Shown here one piece after another: positions 11,001 through 21,238 of a DNA stretch of 32,571 nt. Numbering within the stretch: position 1 is the stretch's first letter; every line of letters begins with the position of its first letter. Source of the DNA: Catajapyx aquilonaris. Its lineage: Eukaryota. Position numbers and translations under genes: made by a program. The notes below the pieces were generated by a model that saw nothing but the letters and a program-made list of their open reading frames with translations, did not search any database and was not told the DNA's origin. The DNA lies in contig KZ539127.1 in NCBI GenBank assembly GCA_000934665.2, positions 1 through 32,571 on the forward strand, given 5' to 3'.

Positions 11001-13891
11001 GGGTCGGAAGGAGGATACTTATGTTGATAGAGTTTTGATGGGTTCTCTCCATGTTCACGCGGATTTTCTCGGGGTTCTCTCGTTTCCTCCCGCAATAAAA
11101 ATCCATCACAGCGCAGAGGCAATGATTAAAGTCGGTATTTAAAAGATGGTCCCCTAAGAGGCCCAATGAGGCCTATCATGGGGTATCCATTATTAGGTAT
11201 TATTATTATATTTAACAAAACCATTGTTGACCATATTAGTCACATTGAGCAATGTGCAGTGTACTTTCCCCAAAATAACTTATGGCAGTTTCAAAAAAAT
11301 GGAGGGTGATGGACACTTTCTGACTTCATATTCGGAATCAGCACATATGAATGCATTAGAAACAGCTAAAATGGTTCATGTGCCAAAAACCTTGTTGACT
11401 AGTGTAATGTAGATGTAAAACATAAGAAAAAGGTATTGCTAGAGTATTAATTTTCTTGTGCTGCAGATATTCGTGAATACAAACCCCGTTTCCTGAAGAC
11501 ACCACGTGCTAGGAGGAGTAGTGATGATGGGGGTAGGCAGAGGAGGGAGCAGGAAGATGCAGACCAAGAGATTGAGGAAGTAGAGCTAATAATGGAGGAG
11601 CTGTCTGAGGAGATAAGAGGATTGCAGGTGAGATGTTATGAGTATATATGGCACTGTTACAGTTATAACTTAAAATTTTTACACCATAGAACCTTCACAA
11701 CGACTCTTCCGAGTTGGACATGGGATCAACCCCTGATACTCCCAGAACTTCTCCCCTGACCCCTAACCGGCCATTTCCCTTTACAACTGCCATTCCTTGG
11801 TCTTCCCCTGCACCAGTGGAAAGACACATGACCACTGCTTCTGCAGTAGATGAGGAATTGGCAGAATCCCGCTGTTCCCTTGGGCCTGGAGGACAAGTCT
11901 TCTGCTCACACAGTGTCTATTCTGACCTGCGCTCATGGAGGTTCAGTAAGGACCACATAGACAAGCAGATCAGGCGACTCAAGACTACACTGGATGAGCT
12001 ACGGGTGAGAGTCATGATAGTTCATCAGAAGTTAGGATCATGTGGGGTAACACTTAAGATTGGAATTATTTGCATGTTCTTCCGCACAATAGCCCCAACT
12101 GCTGATGGGATTACTTACAACGGAACATGATATTTCTTTGGGTGGCTTGATTGTTAAAAGTGCATGACAATAACCGAAGCGGTGGTGGCGGAGGGGATAT
12201 GGTATCCGACTGCTAATCGGGAGGTCCTGGGTTCGAATCTCGGGGCCGGCAACTCTAACCGTGGTTTTCTGTGGTTTCCCACGGTTCCTCCAGGAGAATT
12301 CCGGAGTTGTTTTCTAAACTAATAGGCCACAGCCGCCTCCTTCCTTTCCTATCATATCCCAAAAAGCGCAGTAAAAACTAAATGAAAAAGTTCCAGTCAA
12401 AACAAAAATATCCCCCCTAAAGAGCCGCAGGCTGATAACGGGGTATGAATTATTATTATTATTATTATTAAAAAGTGCATGACAATATGTACATATTAAT
12501 AAGCCAACTGCACTATCATCTCATGATTCAAAAAATGGTTCCAATATTGTTCAGTAAAATCTTGATAGAAAACTACTTTTGGGAAGAGGGAGGCAACCAC
12601 CACAACCCCTTCTTAAGATACTACATTATGTTGATGTCTTTTCCTTCCAAACTCTTAACACCCCAATCAATATTCAATGTCGCAGCAGTCGTCCTGTCTT
12701 TAGAGCATCAGAATTACTGTAATACAAGGTTGACATTTATGCAGGAGATACGTCGTCACCTGAAAGAAAAGCGGCCTGATGGATTGGATGACTTGGATGA
12801 CTTGCTGGATTTGGAGGATGATTACTCTGAGGAAGCAGTTGACAGTGAGGAAGAGGAGGAAGAAGGCACTCTCCCACTTATACCTCTTGGCACATCTGCT
12901 CCTGATTGGCATCGACCAGAAAGGAATATATCAAAAGGCCGCATTGATGTACTGATCTTGGAGCCTAGTACAGCTACTCCCAATGTGTGGGGCAGTAGAA
13001 ACAGGAAAAAAGTGAATAATAAGGGGAAGGGGAAGTGCGTATGTGACCCAAGGGCAAGAGAAAAGATGCAAAGAGCAGCTGAAAAGGCAGCAAGGAAAGC
13101 AGAGAGGGAACGACTCAAGGCGGAAAGGCTTAGGCGGAAGGAGAGGAAGATGCGCAAGAAGGGAATGCTGGGTGGTGTTGGGTGGGTGGCTGCAAGTTTG
13201 CTTGGTGGGGAGGGGTGTAACTCAGAGAAGATGAACTGCTTTGTACACGACAACGATCACTGGAGGACCCCTCCTTTGTGGACACATGGACCTTTTTGCT
13301 TTTGCATGAATGCAAACAACAATACATACTGGTGCCTTCGAACTGTCAACGCTACCCACAATTTCCTCTACTGCGAGTTTATCACTGGGTTTGTGCTCTT
13401 CTTTGACATGAATGTAGGTGAGTTTCATGCCATGTTCATTTTAAGGAGTATTTTTTTGTGTAAGTCCCAAGTAATTCCACTGGAGGCTGTGACTGTGAGG
13501 TTGCATGCGATGTTCTAAAAATTTAATTTCCAAATGTCTCTTTGAACTTCCCTTCACTAGTAATTACCTTTTGCAGGTAACGGAAAGTGCCTGAGATAAT
13601 TTTCTGTTTCCACACAGACCCGTACCAGTTGCGAAATGTGGCTCACACACTCAAGGAGGAGGAGCGCCAATTGATGCATGAGCGCCTGGAGCGTTTACGC
13701 ACATGTCGAGGTGCACGTGAATGTGCACTGGCATCACTGCCCGAGTCAGACAACCGCCTGAGAGGATTGCCTGATCCACAGGATGTCATCTCGGCTCAGA
13801 AGGCGGACAACCAAGTGCAGGATCAGGACAGGTGTGATTTTCCTTCCACATCTAATTATTTTACTCGTGCATTGTCACATTCCTGCTTGCC

Positions 13892-13924
<33 letters not shown>

Positions 13925-15710
13925 GGGTATAGTGCCATACCTCATCTGAGGTTTTGGCATGGACCTTTGTTTCCAAGATGTATCATCAGTCCAAAAAGAA
14001 TTGTCCCTCGCACCGAGTGGGCAGCCACGCGTCAGGATGAAAGGAACCAGTTAATCCTGACTCTGGAGAACTCTGCACGACATAAAAGGGGGGGATGCCC
14101 GAGCTTGGTATCGAACACGGGACCCTTCCATCCCTGGGCGTGTGCGTTACCGCAGCTCATCTTCGCCTTCCCTCCTGCTTGCCATAAGGAATTTGTGCCC
14201 AAAAGTGGAAATAATCTTTTGAGTACCAAGGAATCCAAGCAATGAACTAAGGAATTTGCTCCTTAGTCGAGTGTTGAAAGTCCACTTCCCTCTTGTGTGA
14301 CCTTGAGTCTGATTTGGGAAGTTACAATTTTGTAAGCCTGCTTGCCCTCTCTTTAACTCTCATCTAACTACAAAAATGTGAAGGATAGTGTTAGTGCTGT
14401 CACCCCATTGCCACACAGATACACCAACACAAATTGCATCTCAGAGCACACCCCACCTGCTATGCTTGTGTGGCCTTCTTGATGAGCTTGCCCAAAGTGC
14501 AATGCTATACCCTCCATGTGGAGGTTTCTCCTAACTGTGCAGTTATTGAAAAATTAATAATTTTTAAAATTATAAATAGTATGATCAAGTTACTTGGGTA
14601 AGAAATGCTGATCAGGCTTAGATGAAGCGTACTCTGCGAAAATTCAGAGATCAAGGTCAATACTTTTTTGTGGGATTTTCTTACATGAAGGAAAAAAATA
14701 CTAACAGAAAAATTGCAGGCCTATTTTGTCATCAACGAAAAAATTTCCGTTATGGACATTTGCCTACTCTTAAATTCAAGGATTCAGTTGTCACAATCGA
14801 GTCAAACACTTCTTTGGGTACATCTGGTAGACGGAGATCAGGAAATTGAGCCTTTTTGTACATGTGGCCTACTCTTTACCCTTCGGCTGGGAAATGAGAA
14901 AATTTTCCGTATTCGCCAACCTGAACTTCGACTTAGGGAGACTGAAAATGCATTGATATCTCATCGTAAGGCCCTGCCTGCACTTCGAGTTATAGAAATT
15001 CCAGCTAGGGAAGTTTATTTCCTATTATTTTACATTGTGACCAACCAAATAATAATTTTCTTCGACTTATAGAGAACTTCGACTTAGGGAAGTTTGACTT
15101 ATAGAAGTTTTACTGTATCTATGTTTTACTGTATCTATTTTACTGAAGGAACCATTGACAGTACATATCTACGTAATATTCAGTTGGGTGTAAGAGTTTA
15201 TCAGGAGTGCTTGTAATGAAACGCATGCGTGAGGGAAAGACTTAATAGTATATTTAGGTTTTAATGATGGTTTTGTTGCTACATCTGATTGTAACCATGA
15301 GAAAAACTACAGTCTGTTAAACCAAAGAATGATATGGCGTCATGTTCAGCCCGCCTCCACCCGGCTCTTTCCTTTTATTATGTCCCCGAATCGCTCTGCA
15401 ATCATACTACTCTGCATGTTCAGAAAACATGGCTGGTGATCCATCATATCATTCTTTGGTTTAATGGACTGCACTTCTCTTGTTTAATACTCGTAGTATT
15501 TATGTCAGATTTAGGAATAATACCTGTGACATCATTACAATAATTTCTCTGAAGTACAAAACCTTTGGTAATGGGTTGGAGGATGGCTACAACAAAAGTG
15601 TTGTTCATTTCAGCATCTGGCCTGAAGACCACCGGGATCATCAACATCACTGGAGACGAGGATGGAAGAAGCACAAAAGGCGGCCTGGTAGCCATAGAGG
15701 ACAGCTCTGA
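2043..15710 (+). CDS. Sulf1: Extracellular sulfatase Sulf1 (heparan sulfate 6-O-endosulfatase), 14 coding exons, about 1062 aa
   Basis: Exons: 2043-2250, 3237-3476, 3543-3694, 4064-4233, 4299-4449, 4509-4684, 6309-6422, 6589-6675, 8256-8686, 11467-11627, 11690-12004, 12745-13417, 13618-13831, 15614-15710. All are GT-AG and phase-consistent (3189 nt). Motifs: signal peptide, [18 protein letters not shown], formylglycine motif [46 protein letters not shown], a hydrophilic domain with furin-type RARR/RQRR, and the C-terminal [28 protein letters not shown]...DPYQL. The last exon is the least certain (it rests on phase and acceptor only). Confidence 0.95.
3838..3960. repeat. Foldback inverted repeat / MITE in Sulf1 intron 3
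   Basis: 47-nt arms at 3838-3884 and 3914-3960 with 4 mismatches, all transitions. Confidence 0.85.
5252..5785. mobile_element. Tc1/mariner (pogo/Tigger-like) MITE
   Basis: TIRs CAGGTAAAATCTCGTTACAACGAA and TTCGCTAAAACGAGATTTTACTG, TA on both flanks (5250-51, 5786-87), and repeated subterminal TTTCGTT motifs. Confidence 0.8.
7050..7125. repeat. Perfect 33-bp inverted repeat with a 10-nt spacer (Sulf1 intron 8)
   Basis: GAATCACTTTTTATAAGAAGGGAACAAGTCCAA (7050-7082) and its exact reverse complement (7093-7125). Confidence 0.92.
8917..9060 (+). mobile_element. tRNA-derived SINE fragment related to the element at 13896-14172
   Basis: B box GTTCGATCC at 8944-8952, followed by CCCCCCTTCATCTCGTGCAGAGTTC, which resembles CCCCCCCTTTTATGTCGTGCAGAGTTC in the minus-strand SINE. 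Boundaries are approximate. Confidence 0.65.
9627..9718. mobile_element. Short foldback MITE with CACT termini and a loopless 42-bp palindromic core
   Basis: TIR CACTCTAAGAAATGTC / GACATTTCTTAGAGTG; perfect palindrome at 9650-9691. Confidence 0.75.
10400..10754. mobile_element. hAT-type MITE with a perfect 8-bp TSD
   Basis: TSD CACACAGA at 10392-10399 and 10755-10762; TIRs CAGCGGCGGATTT / AAATCCGGAGCTG; internal G-run containing Ns. Confidence 0.85.
10932..11208 (+). mobile_element. Full-length tRNA-derived SINE with a V-domain-like centre
   Basis: A box TGGCGGAGTGG, B box GTTCGATCC, (TAT)n tail, and an 18-bp TSD TATTTAACAAAACCATTG at 10914-10931 and 11209-11226. Confidence 0.9.
12173..12470 (+). 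mobile_element. Full-length tRNA-derived SINE
   Basis: A box TGGCGGAGGGG, B box GTTCGAATC, (TTA)n tail, and a 17-bp TSD AAAAGTGCATGACAATA at 12156-12172 and 12471-12487. Confidence 0.9.
13896..14172 (-). mobile_element. Full-length tRNA-derived SINE, antisense to Sulf1
   Basis: B box GTTCGATAC (minus strand, 14116-14108), a (TTA)n tail seen as (TAA)n near 13893-13924, and a 15-bp TSD TCCTGCTTGCCATAA at 13881-13895 and 14173-14187. Confidence 0.88.
14920..15117. mobile_element. Right end of a pogo-like MITE (left end not found)
   Basis: Repeated TTCGACTTA/TTCGAGTTA subterminal motifs ending in GTTTTACTG+TA, the same terminal style as 5252-5785. Confidence 0.5.
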
Positions 15711-15919
15711 CTGCCATGAAATGGTGTATAATTTGGTCATCAAGTGGAAATTCCAGGCTGTGGACTGGTTTAGTTACCTTGGTTACTGTGATTAGCTACC
15801 AAGATATTATTAAGCAGTACAGTACTTGCTCTTACATTAGTGGAAACTGGAACGTGAAATTGGCAGCTGATGTGAGAAGTTACTCACAACCATGTTCTTA
15901 CAGTAAGGTCCAGGTTAGC

Positions 15920-16314
15920 CCCCTACAACTCCTACAATATGGTAGCGAACTTAGAGTCTCCGCCACCCCAGATTTGACGCTGGCAGCGTTCCACAGTCAT
16001 CTATCGCCCAAGTCGGATTCAGGTGGCTGGCCGACTTTGTCTGCGAATGCACTCCACACCCAGCTGCAGAGGAAAGGTCAGTTTGGGTTGGTTCAGAAGG
16101 TGTCTGCCTGAATCTGACTTGGGCGATAGATGACTGTGGAGCACCGGCAGCGCCAAATCCGGGGTGGTGGAGAGACTCGAAGTTTGCTATGGTGCTGGTG
16201 TAGTCTCCACACTTTCCGAGCAACGGTGGGGAGTGTGGAGACTACACCAGCATCGAAGCGAGACAAGCCAAGGTCACAGGGGTCTCCATAAGGCTCGGGT
16301 AGGAGTGTCAGGGG
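15920..16314. other. Multi-branched inverted-repeat (structured RNA) domain in the predicted Sulf1 3' UTR
   Basis: About 85-bp stem 15942-16026/16104-16190, hairpin 16190-16255, and a closing stem 15920-15935/16299-16314. Confidence 0.85.
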
Positions 16315-16553
16315 TCTGCTCACAACCAACTTGACCATTTTTGAGTAATTATTTTTAGCATTTGCTATTGTACTGCTAGCACTCTCCCTAAAAGAAATCC
16401 TCTGATTTTCATGTGCTTTGACAGATTCCTCAGAAGGGTGGCTTATTTAGGGATAACCACTGTAGTTGGGCATTACTTAGTATTATGCAAGGTGACTAAA
16501 CTAAACCATTGCCCATGAATGGTTGGTAAAAATGTGTTAACTTAATGGTGTGA

Positions 16554-16772
16554 TTTATTTGTACAAAGCATAATACTTCACCATCCCATGTACACGCCTT
16601 AGATCACTAAATTTTTTCTACCTTGCAATGTCTCTTGCACACATCACCTCGCATTGTAGTTGCCATTTATACATAACATTGGGATGAAATGTAACTTGCA
16701 GGGAATAAAAATCATAGCTGTTAGTTAGATAAATGCAAGCTCATTGTTGAAAAGCACGTGTAATCCTTTAAT
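16554..16772 (-). terminator. Candidate PEF1 polyadenylation signals (ATTAAA 16772-16767; AATAAA 16559-16554)
   Basis: Both hexamers lie on the minus strand downstream of the TAG at 16848. Confidence 0.4.
16704..16709 (+). terminator. Probable Sulf1 polyadenylation signal AATAAA
   Basis: First AATAAA I see on the + strand after the predicted stop at 15710. Confidence 0.5.
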
Positions 16773-16847
16773 TTTGAAAGAAGATACATGGGAAATAATA
16801 GAGGTCATTTATCCTCCACAAAAATACAAGTGTTTGAAAGTTGTCAT

Positions 16848-19338
16848 CTATGTGGTACAGCTGAATACAGTCTGCAAAAAGTCTTCATAGGAGATGTTAA
16901 TGATTCCTTGCATCTGCTGGTCTCGTGCACGAAATGCATCTAGAATAGATAGAATATTTGACACTTTTAAAATCTCAGCAATACTATGCTATCAAGTAAT
17001 TTTCCAGTTCTTCCAAGCAATGGAAGGGACTTGGAAGTATTAATACCTCAATTCAGGTGGAACTAAAGACTAGTTCACAAATGAAATGTAAGAAGATAAG
17101 GGAACAACACTAGATATGTTACTCTGGGCAATTTGTGCCATCTCATAAAATATGTGAAGGGGATACCATAATACCCACTAAAACTAAATTTCCCCACCTT
17201 AAATATCACCTTTCATCACACAATGATTATTATCATCATGCATATATCTCTAATTACACCTAAAGTGCAGAAATATTTTGATTTCAGTTAAGTTTGTGGT
17301 TATTACTTACCCGTGCATCGCTGGATAGTGATGACAGCAACAATGAACTGGTCGACAGTCATCATGTTCTGTGTCTTGCAATCAAACTTGGCAACAAGCT
17401 GGTCCACAAACTGGGGTGAGAAGCGGTAGCCCATTTGCTGTAAAGCTGCAGATGGGGGACGGATTACTATATAAACTCTAATTATGTGTGACTCCTGGCA
17501 GATGTGATAAATTGTGAATGAAGGTAACTAACTCGATCTTAAATCATCAGAGGTTCAGAGCTTAAAAATCTATTACAGCAGGACAAATAATGCAGACTGA
17601 ATTATTTTTTTAAATCCCCAAGTAAAAAAAATATATAGGAGAAAATAGTCTGGACTTTGTGGCCATATTCACACCTTGTGCCAGTTCACCCTTGTCGATA
17701 GTTCCTGAGTTGTTGCGATCAAAGGAGCGGAATGTCTGCAGCCACTCATTGACATACTTGTACAAATGCTGGAAGCCATGTATATCAATCGTGCCTGTCT
17801 TTTGTGGGTCAAACATTCCTGAAAAGAAAAATATGAGTTACAAACACCTGATTGAGAGAAATGTTAGATGAAAAATTCACTTAATGCTTGATTGAAGTAG
17901 AATGTAACGAGACTGCCATCAGAGGCTGACAGCCTTCCTTTTGCCATCCTGCCTCTGATGCAAGGTGTCCCCAAGTTATTATGACAATATTATTACCTAG
18001 CATGAGCTTGCAACATTCGTAACTGAAGCGAGCTCCATTGCTGTTGACAAGGGCAGCCTGAAGCTCCTGACCAGATATGCGCCCAGATCTGTCAGCATCC
18101 ACAGCAGCGAACCACTGTTGAATCTCAGGATTGATACCTGGGGTGCCACCATAAGCCTGCAGGAAAAGAAAGAAAGAAAAAAAAACACTCCCATTTAGAT
18201 ATATTCAAGACAGTTCTGTTGGATTGCACCACTCATGGTAGATGATTTGGTACATGGTATGTGTCACATGTCTCAGTCAAGCAGTGGTTAAAATGTAAGG
18301 TAATTTTGGCTTTCTGAAGGGCATGAAAGTTATTTAAACTTTGTGAATGAAGGCCCATTCACATGTGGCCACATAATAATCAGCAGCAATCAGTGCCTCC
18401 ATTGGCCAGTCACATGTCTCTTGCATCCTGTGACAGGGTGATCTCTGTGCTGATTGGGGGACAGCATGTACGTATTGTCAGCAGCTCTGACTGCCCAAGT
18501 GAAAACCCTGTATCTTGCCTATTTGTCATTTCCAGATATTCGTGGTTTAAATTTTTTGTGTCCATTATTGTATATGGAAGTGCATGGCTTTAATTGGTCA
18601 AAACTTTGCATGGGTTGCTCCTACAGTAAGTTGCCGCCTCTGTACCAAAAGGTCTGGCTTGCAAAGAGAAATGCCATGGTACATTTATCTCCATTTACAT
18701 GATTTCCGAAGATACGGGGATTCCACTTGGGCCGTCAGAGCTGCCTTGAGTCATCCCCACACATCCATGAATGTACAGTACATTGAAGATTGTACCTTAC
18801 TGTCCGTCATCCTCTGAATATTCACTGAAATTTCACCTCTCATGTGCCAACATGCACGAGCAAAACTTAATGCAGCGTCCAAGATGTGATCCAAGACCAG
18901 GACATATCCTAGCAACGTCAAGCAGACTGTTATGTTGTTGGTTGCTGTTTGGAGTGGTTTTCCCCAGGAGTCAGTTGACAAGTGACCATACTTGCGCATA
19001 GATGTGTCAAAATAGAGTTCCCTTGAGGTTATTTACCAAGAACCCCTGTGTTCGGTTATTCTCTTGTGGTATTTAGTGGCGTTTGATCATCGGCAGTAGG
19101 CAAACAGTGTAACCTAAATGTTGTGGAAGTTATCTGCAAATTCTTGAACGTTCAAAGTGAACGTCCAAAGTGTGATGCTGCGGGGAATGTAATGCGCTAG
19201 CACGTGCGGCAAGGGCACTCCTCTGACCTGCTGGCCGTATCCGTACTGTCCCGGCGGCTGCTGGCCAGGAGCGGGGCCTCCGTAGCCTTGCTGCGGAGGT
19301 GCGCCGGGTTGCTGCTGACCGTAGTTGTAGTACGCCAT
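16848..19338 (-). CDS. PEF1: Peflin-like penta-EF-hand Ca2+-binding protein, 5 exons, 213 aa
   Basis: Exons (minus strand): 19338-19228, 18156-17997, 17818-17675, 17445-17311, 16939-16848. Gly/Pro/Gln/Tyr-rich N-terminus, EF loops DADRSGRISGQE and DRNNSGTIDKGE, then ALQQMGYRFSPQF and DAFRARDQQMQGIINISYEDF, ending in TAG. The pattern fits peflin better than ALG-2/PDCD6 or sorcin. Confidence 0.88.
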
Positions 19339-19735
19339 GACAGCAATTGCTATACACTTCTTTCTTTTTTTCTTTTCTTGTTTTTTTAGGTCGTACGGCC
19401 GGCTGCTTCCAACATTCCAGTGACGTAGAGGCAGCGTCCGATTTCCTCAATTTCAAACAAAGCATTTTTAAAATTCATTTAAGCTACGGTTGAACCATTC
19501 ATTTTTAAACCGTCTAAAATGCCTCGTATGACATCAATGGATGGGTGCTGCAGTTTATAATCCGTATTAGCTGTGAGAGGCAACGGCTGGAAATGCAACT
19601 AATCGAGTGAGTGACGTCACTCACCAGTGTAAGATGGCGGCCCATCCCTAGTAAGCTTTGTGTGTGATTATTTGTTCTCCCTGCTTTTGGAATTCGATTG
19701 GGAGAGTCGCATTCCCTTCGTGGGGATCCGTCAGG
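19339..19735. promoter_or_regulatory. Bidirectional promoter region between PEF1 and SMNDC1
   Basis: Divergent ATGs are about 400 bp apart. A CRE (TGACGTCA, 19612-19619) sits inside a perfect 18-bp palindrome (19607-19624). There is a YY1-type AAGATGGCGGC at 19631-19641 and a CRE-like TGACGTA at 19421. Confidence 0.7.
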
Positions 19736-21174
19736 ATGGCAGCCATGGCAGAGGATCTGCAGGCCAACCTGAAGACATACAAACTTCAGATGCAGCAGGT
19801 ATAAGGGGACTGTGCACCACCATTGCAAGGTGCAGGGGATATCTGGAGGATCAGTTCGTTTGTACCACACGGGGTGGATGCTTGGGTGTTGGCCATGTTG
19901 CGGATTTATATTGTGAAGATGCGAGACTGTGCCTTTGCCATAACGTTTATTGCTTGCTTTTTGTCTTCCCAAGGTGGAAGCTGCCCTAACTACAGACCCA
20001 TTGAATGAGGAGCTGCAAAAGTTGAAGACAGATTTGCTGGAGGTCATTGCTCTGACCAAGGATCTCCTACGAGTGCAGTGTGGTGATACCGCAGGAGAAC
20101 CAAGTGGTGAGGCTGACCAGCCAGAGGACGTAGCCAACTCTCTAGCTTTTGTATTCCTGTAGATATGAAATAACTCCAGAATTTTATTTATTAGTTACTG
20201 AATCCCTGATAAAATTGTCTTACATAGTGCCAAAGAAGTGGCAATACCATGATGCAGCTAGTGGTGTGTGCCTACCACAAAAAAATAACATATTTAACGC
20301 TGCACAGGCAGCCAGGGTGTATTCGAGATTTGTGGCATTAAACTGAACTTTGCAACTGGATGCATATGTGGTTGGGAGTAAATTCAGGAGAAAAAGCTAC
20401 ATAGTTTTGATCAGGTCCTAACTATTGAGACCACAGTATTACAAGAATAGGTCAGGGCACTCGCCACCATCTTACGTGCCGTTAACCCTTCCCACATTGG
20501 TCCTAGTATATCTGCAATGGAATCGCGCTCTGGAATACTACTCACTGAAGCATAATGACTAGCAACCCTGATGGTACAACTCTGCATTAGCACCTAGTTA
20601 CTGATAGCGATACACCAAGATGCAGAGTTGCACAGTCAGGGTTGCTAGTCGTTATGCTTCAGCGAGTAGGATTCTAGTGGGAATACCACTAGCGCCGGGG
20701 TGGGAAGAGATAATAGCAGAACTTTTTCTATTGGCCTGGGATAGAAGTGACCGGGAGCTGAATGAGACAAAGGATCCCGTCGACAAACATTTTTTCTCTG
20801 CCTGCCATTATTTTAGTGGAAGTTGTTCATAATGATGTCATGGAAAAGTGTAATTCTAGTTAGTTTTAAATTGCCAGTATTGTGAAAATTATCAATTTTG
20901 TGCTATTTTCTACTTCAAAATCCTGACATGATGCTAGGAATATTAGATGATGTTAATTTTAATTTATTAAGTAATTGTGACTGATTTTTATTAGAAATGG
21001 CAATTGTTCATTAAATTGGTCTGAGTGCTGATATTAATGTCCAAAATTATATCCTCCCATTGCATTACCGTCACTCTAATCTATGTAAACGGTGTTGCAA
21101 ACTCATTTATTTCATTAAATGTTTGCTGTAGGGAAGAGTATGCAGCTCTAAAAATTGAGCATCATCTGCCATTG

Positions 21175-21238
<64 letters not shown>

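Noticed and set aside
10932..12250. tRNA genes suggested by A/B boxes
   Set aside because: The boxes are SINE heads followed by bodies, simple-repeat tails and TSDs; I see no complete cloverleaf.
12475..13518. 347-aa ORF as a standalone gene
   Set aside because: It is Sulf1 exon 12 (12745-13417) read through into the flanking introns.
13569..13582. Recursive-splice-like TTTTGCAG|GTAACG in Sulf1 intron 12
   Set aside because: The intron is only 200 nt and the remaining 41 nt is too short to be a plausible intron; likely chance.
15350..15465. Alternative Sulf1 terminal exon
   Set aside because: Phase-compatible, but the pyrimidine tract is weak and the peptide is unrecognisable.
19514..20137. 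207-aa antisense ORF, and similar ones at 1597-2208 and 3509-4048
   Set aside because: These are shadow frames opposite real exons, with no protein-like motifs and non-ATG starts.
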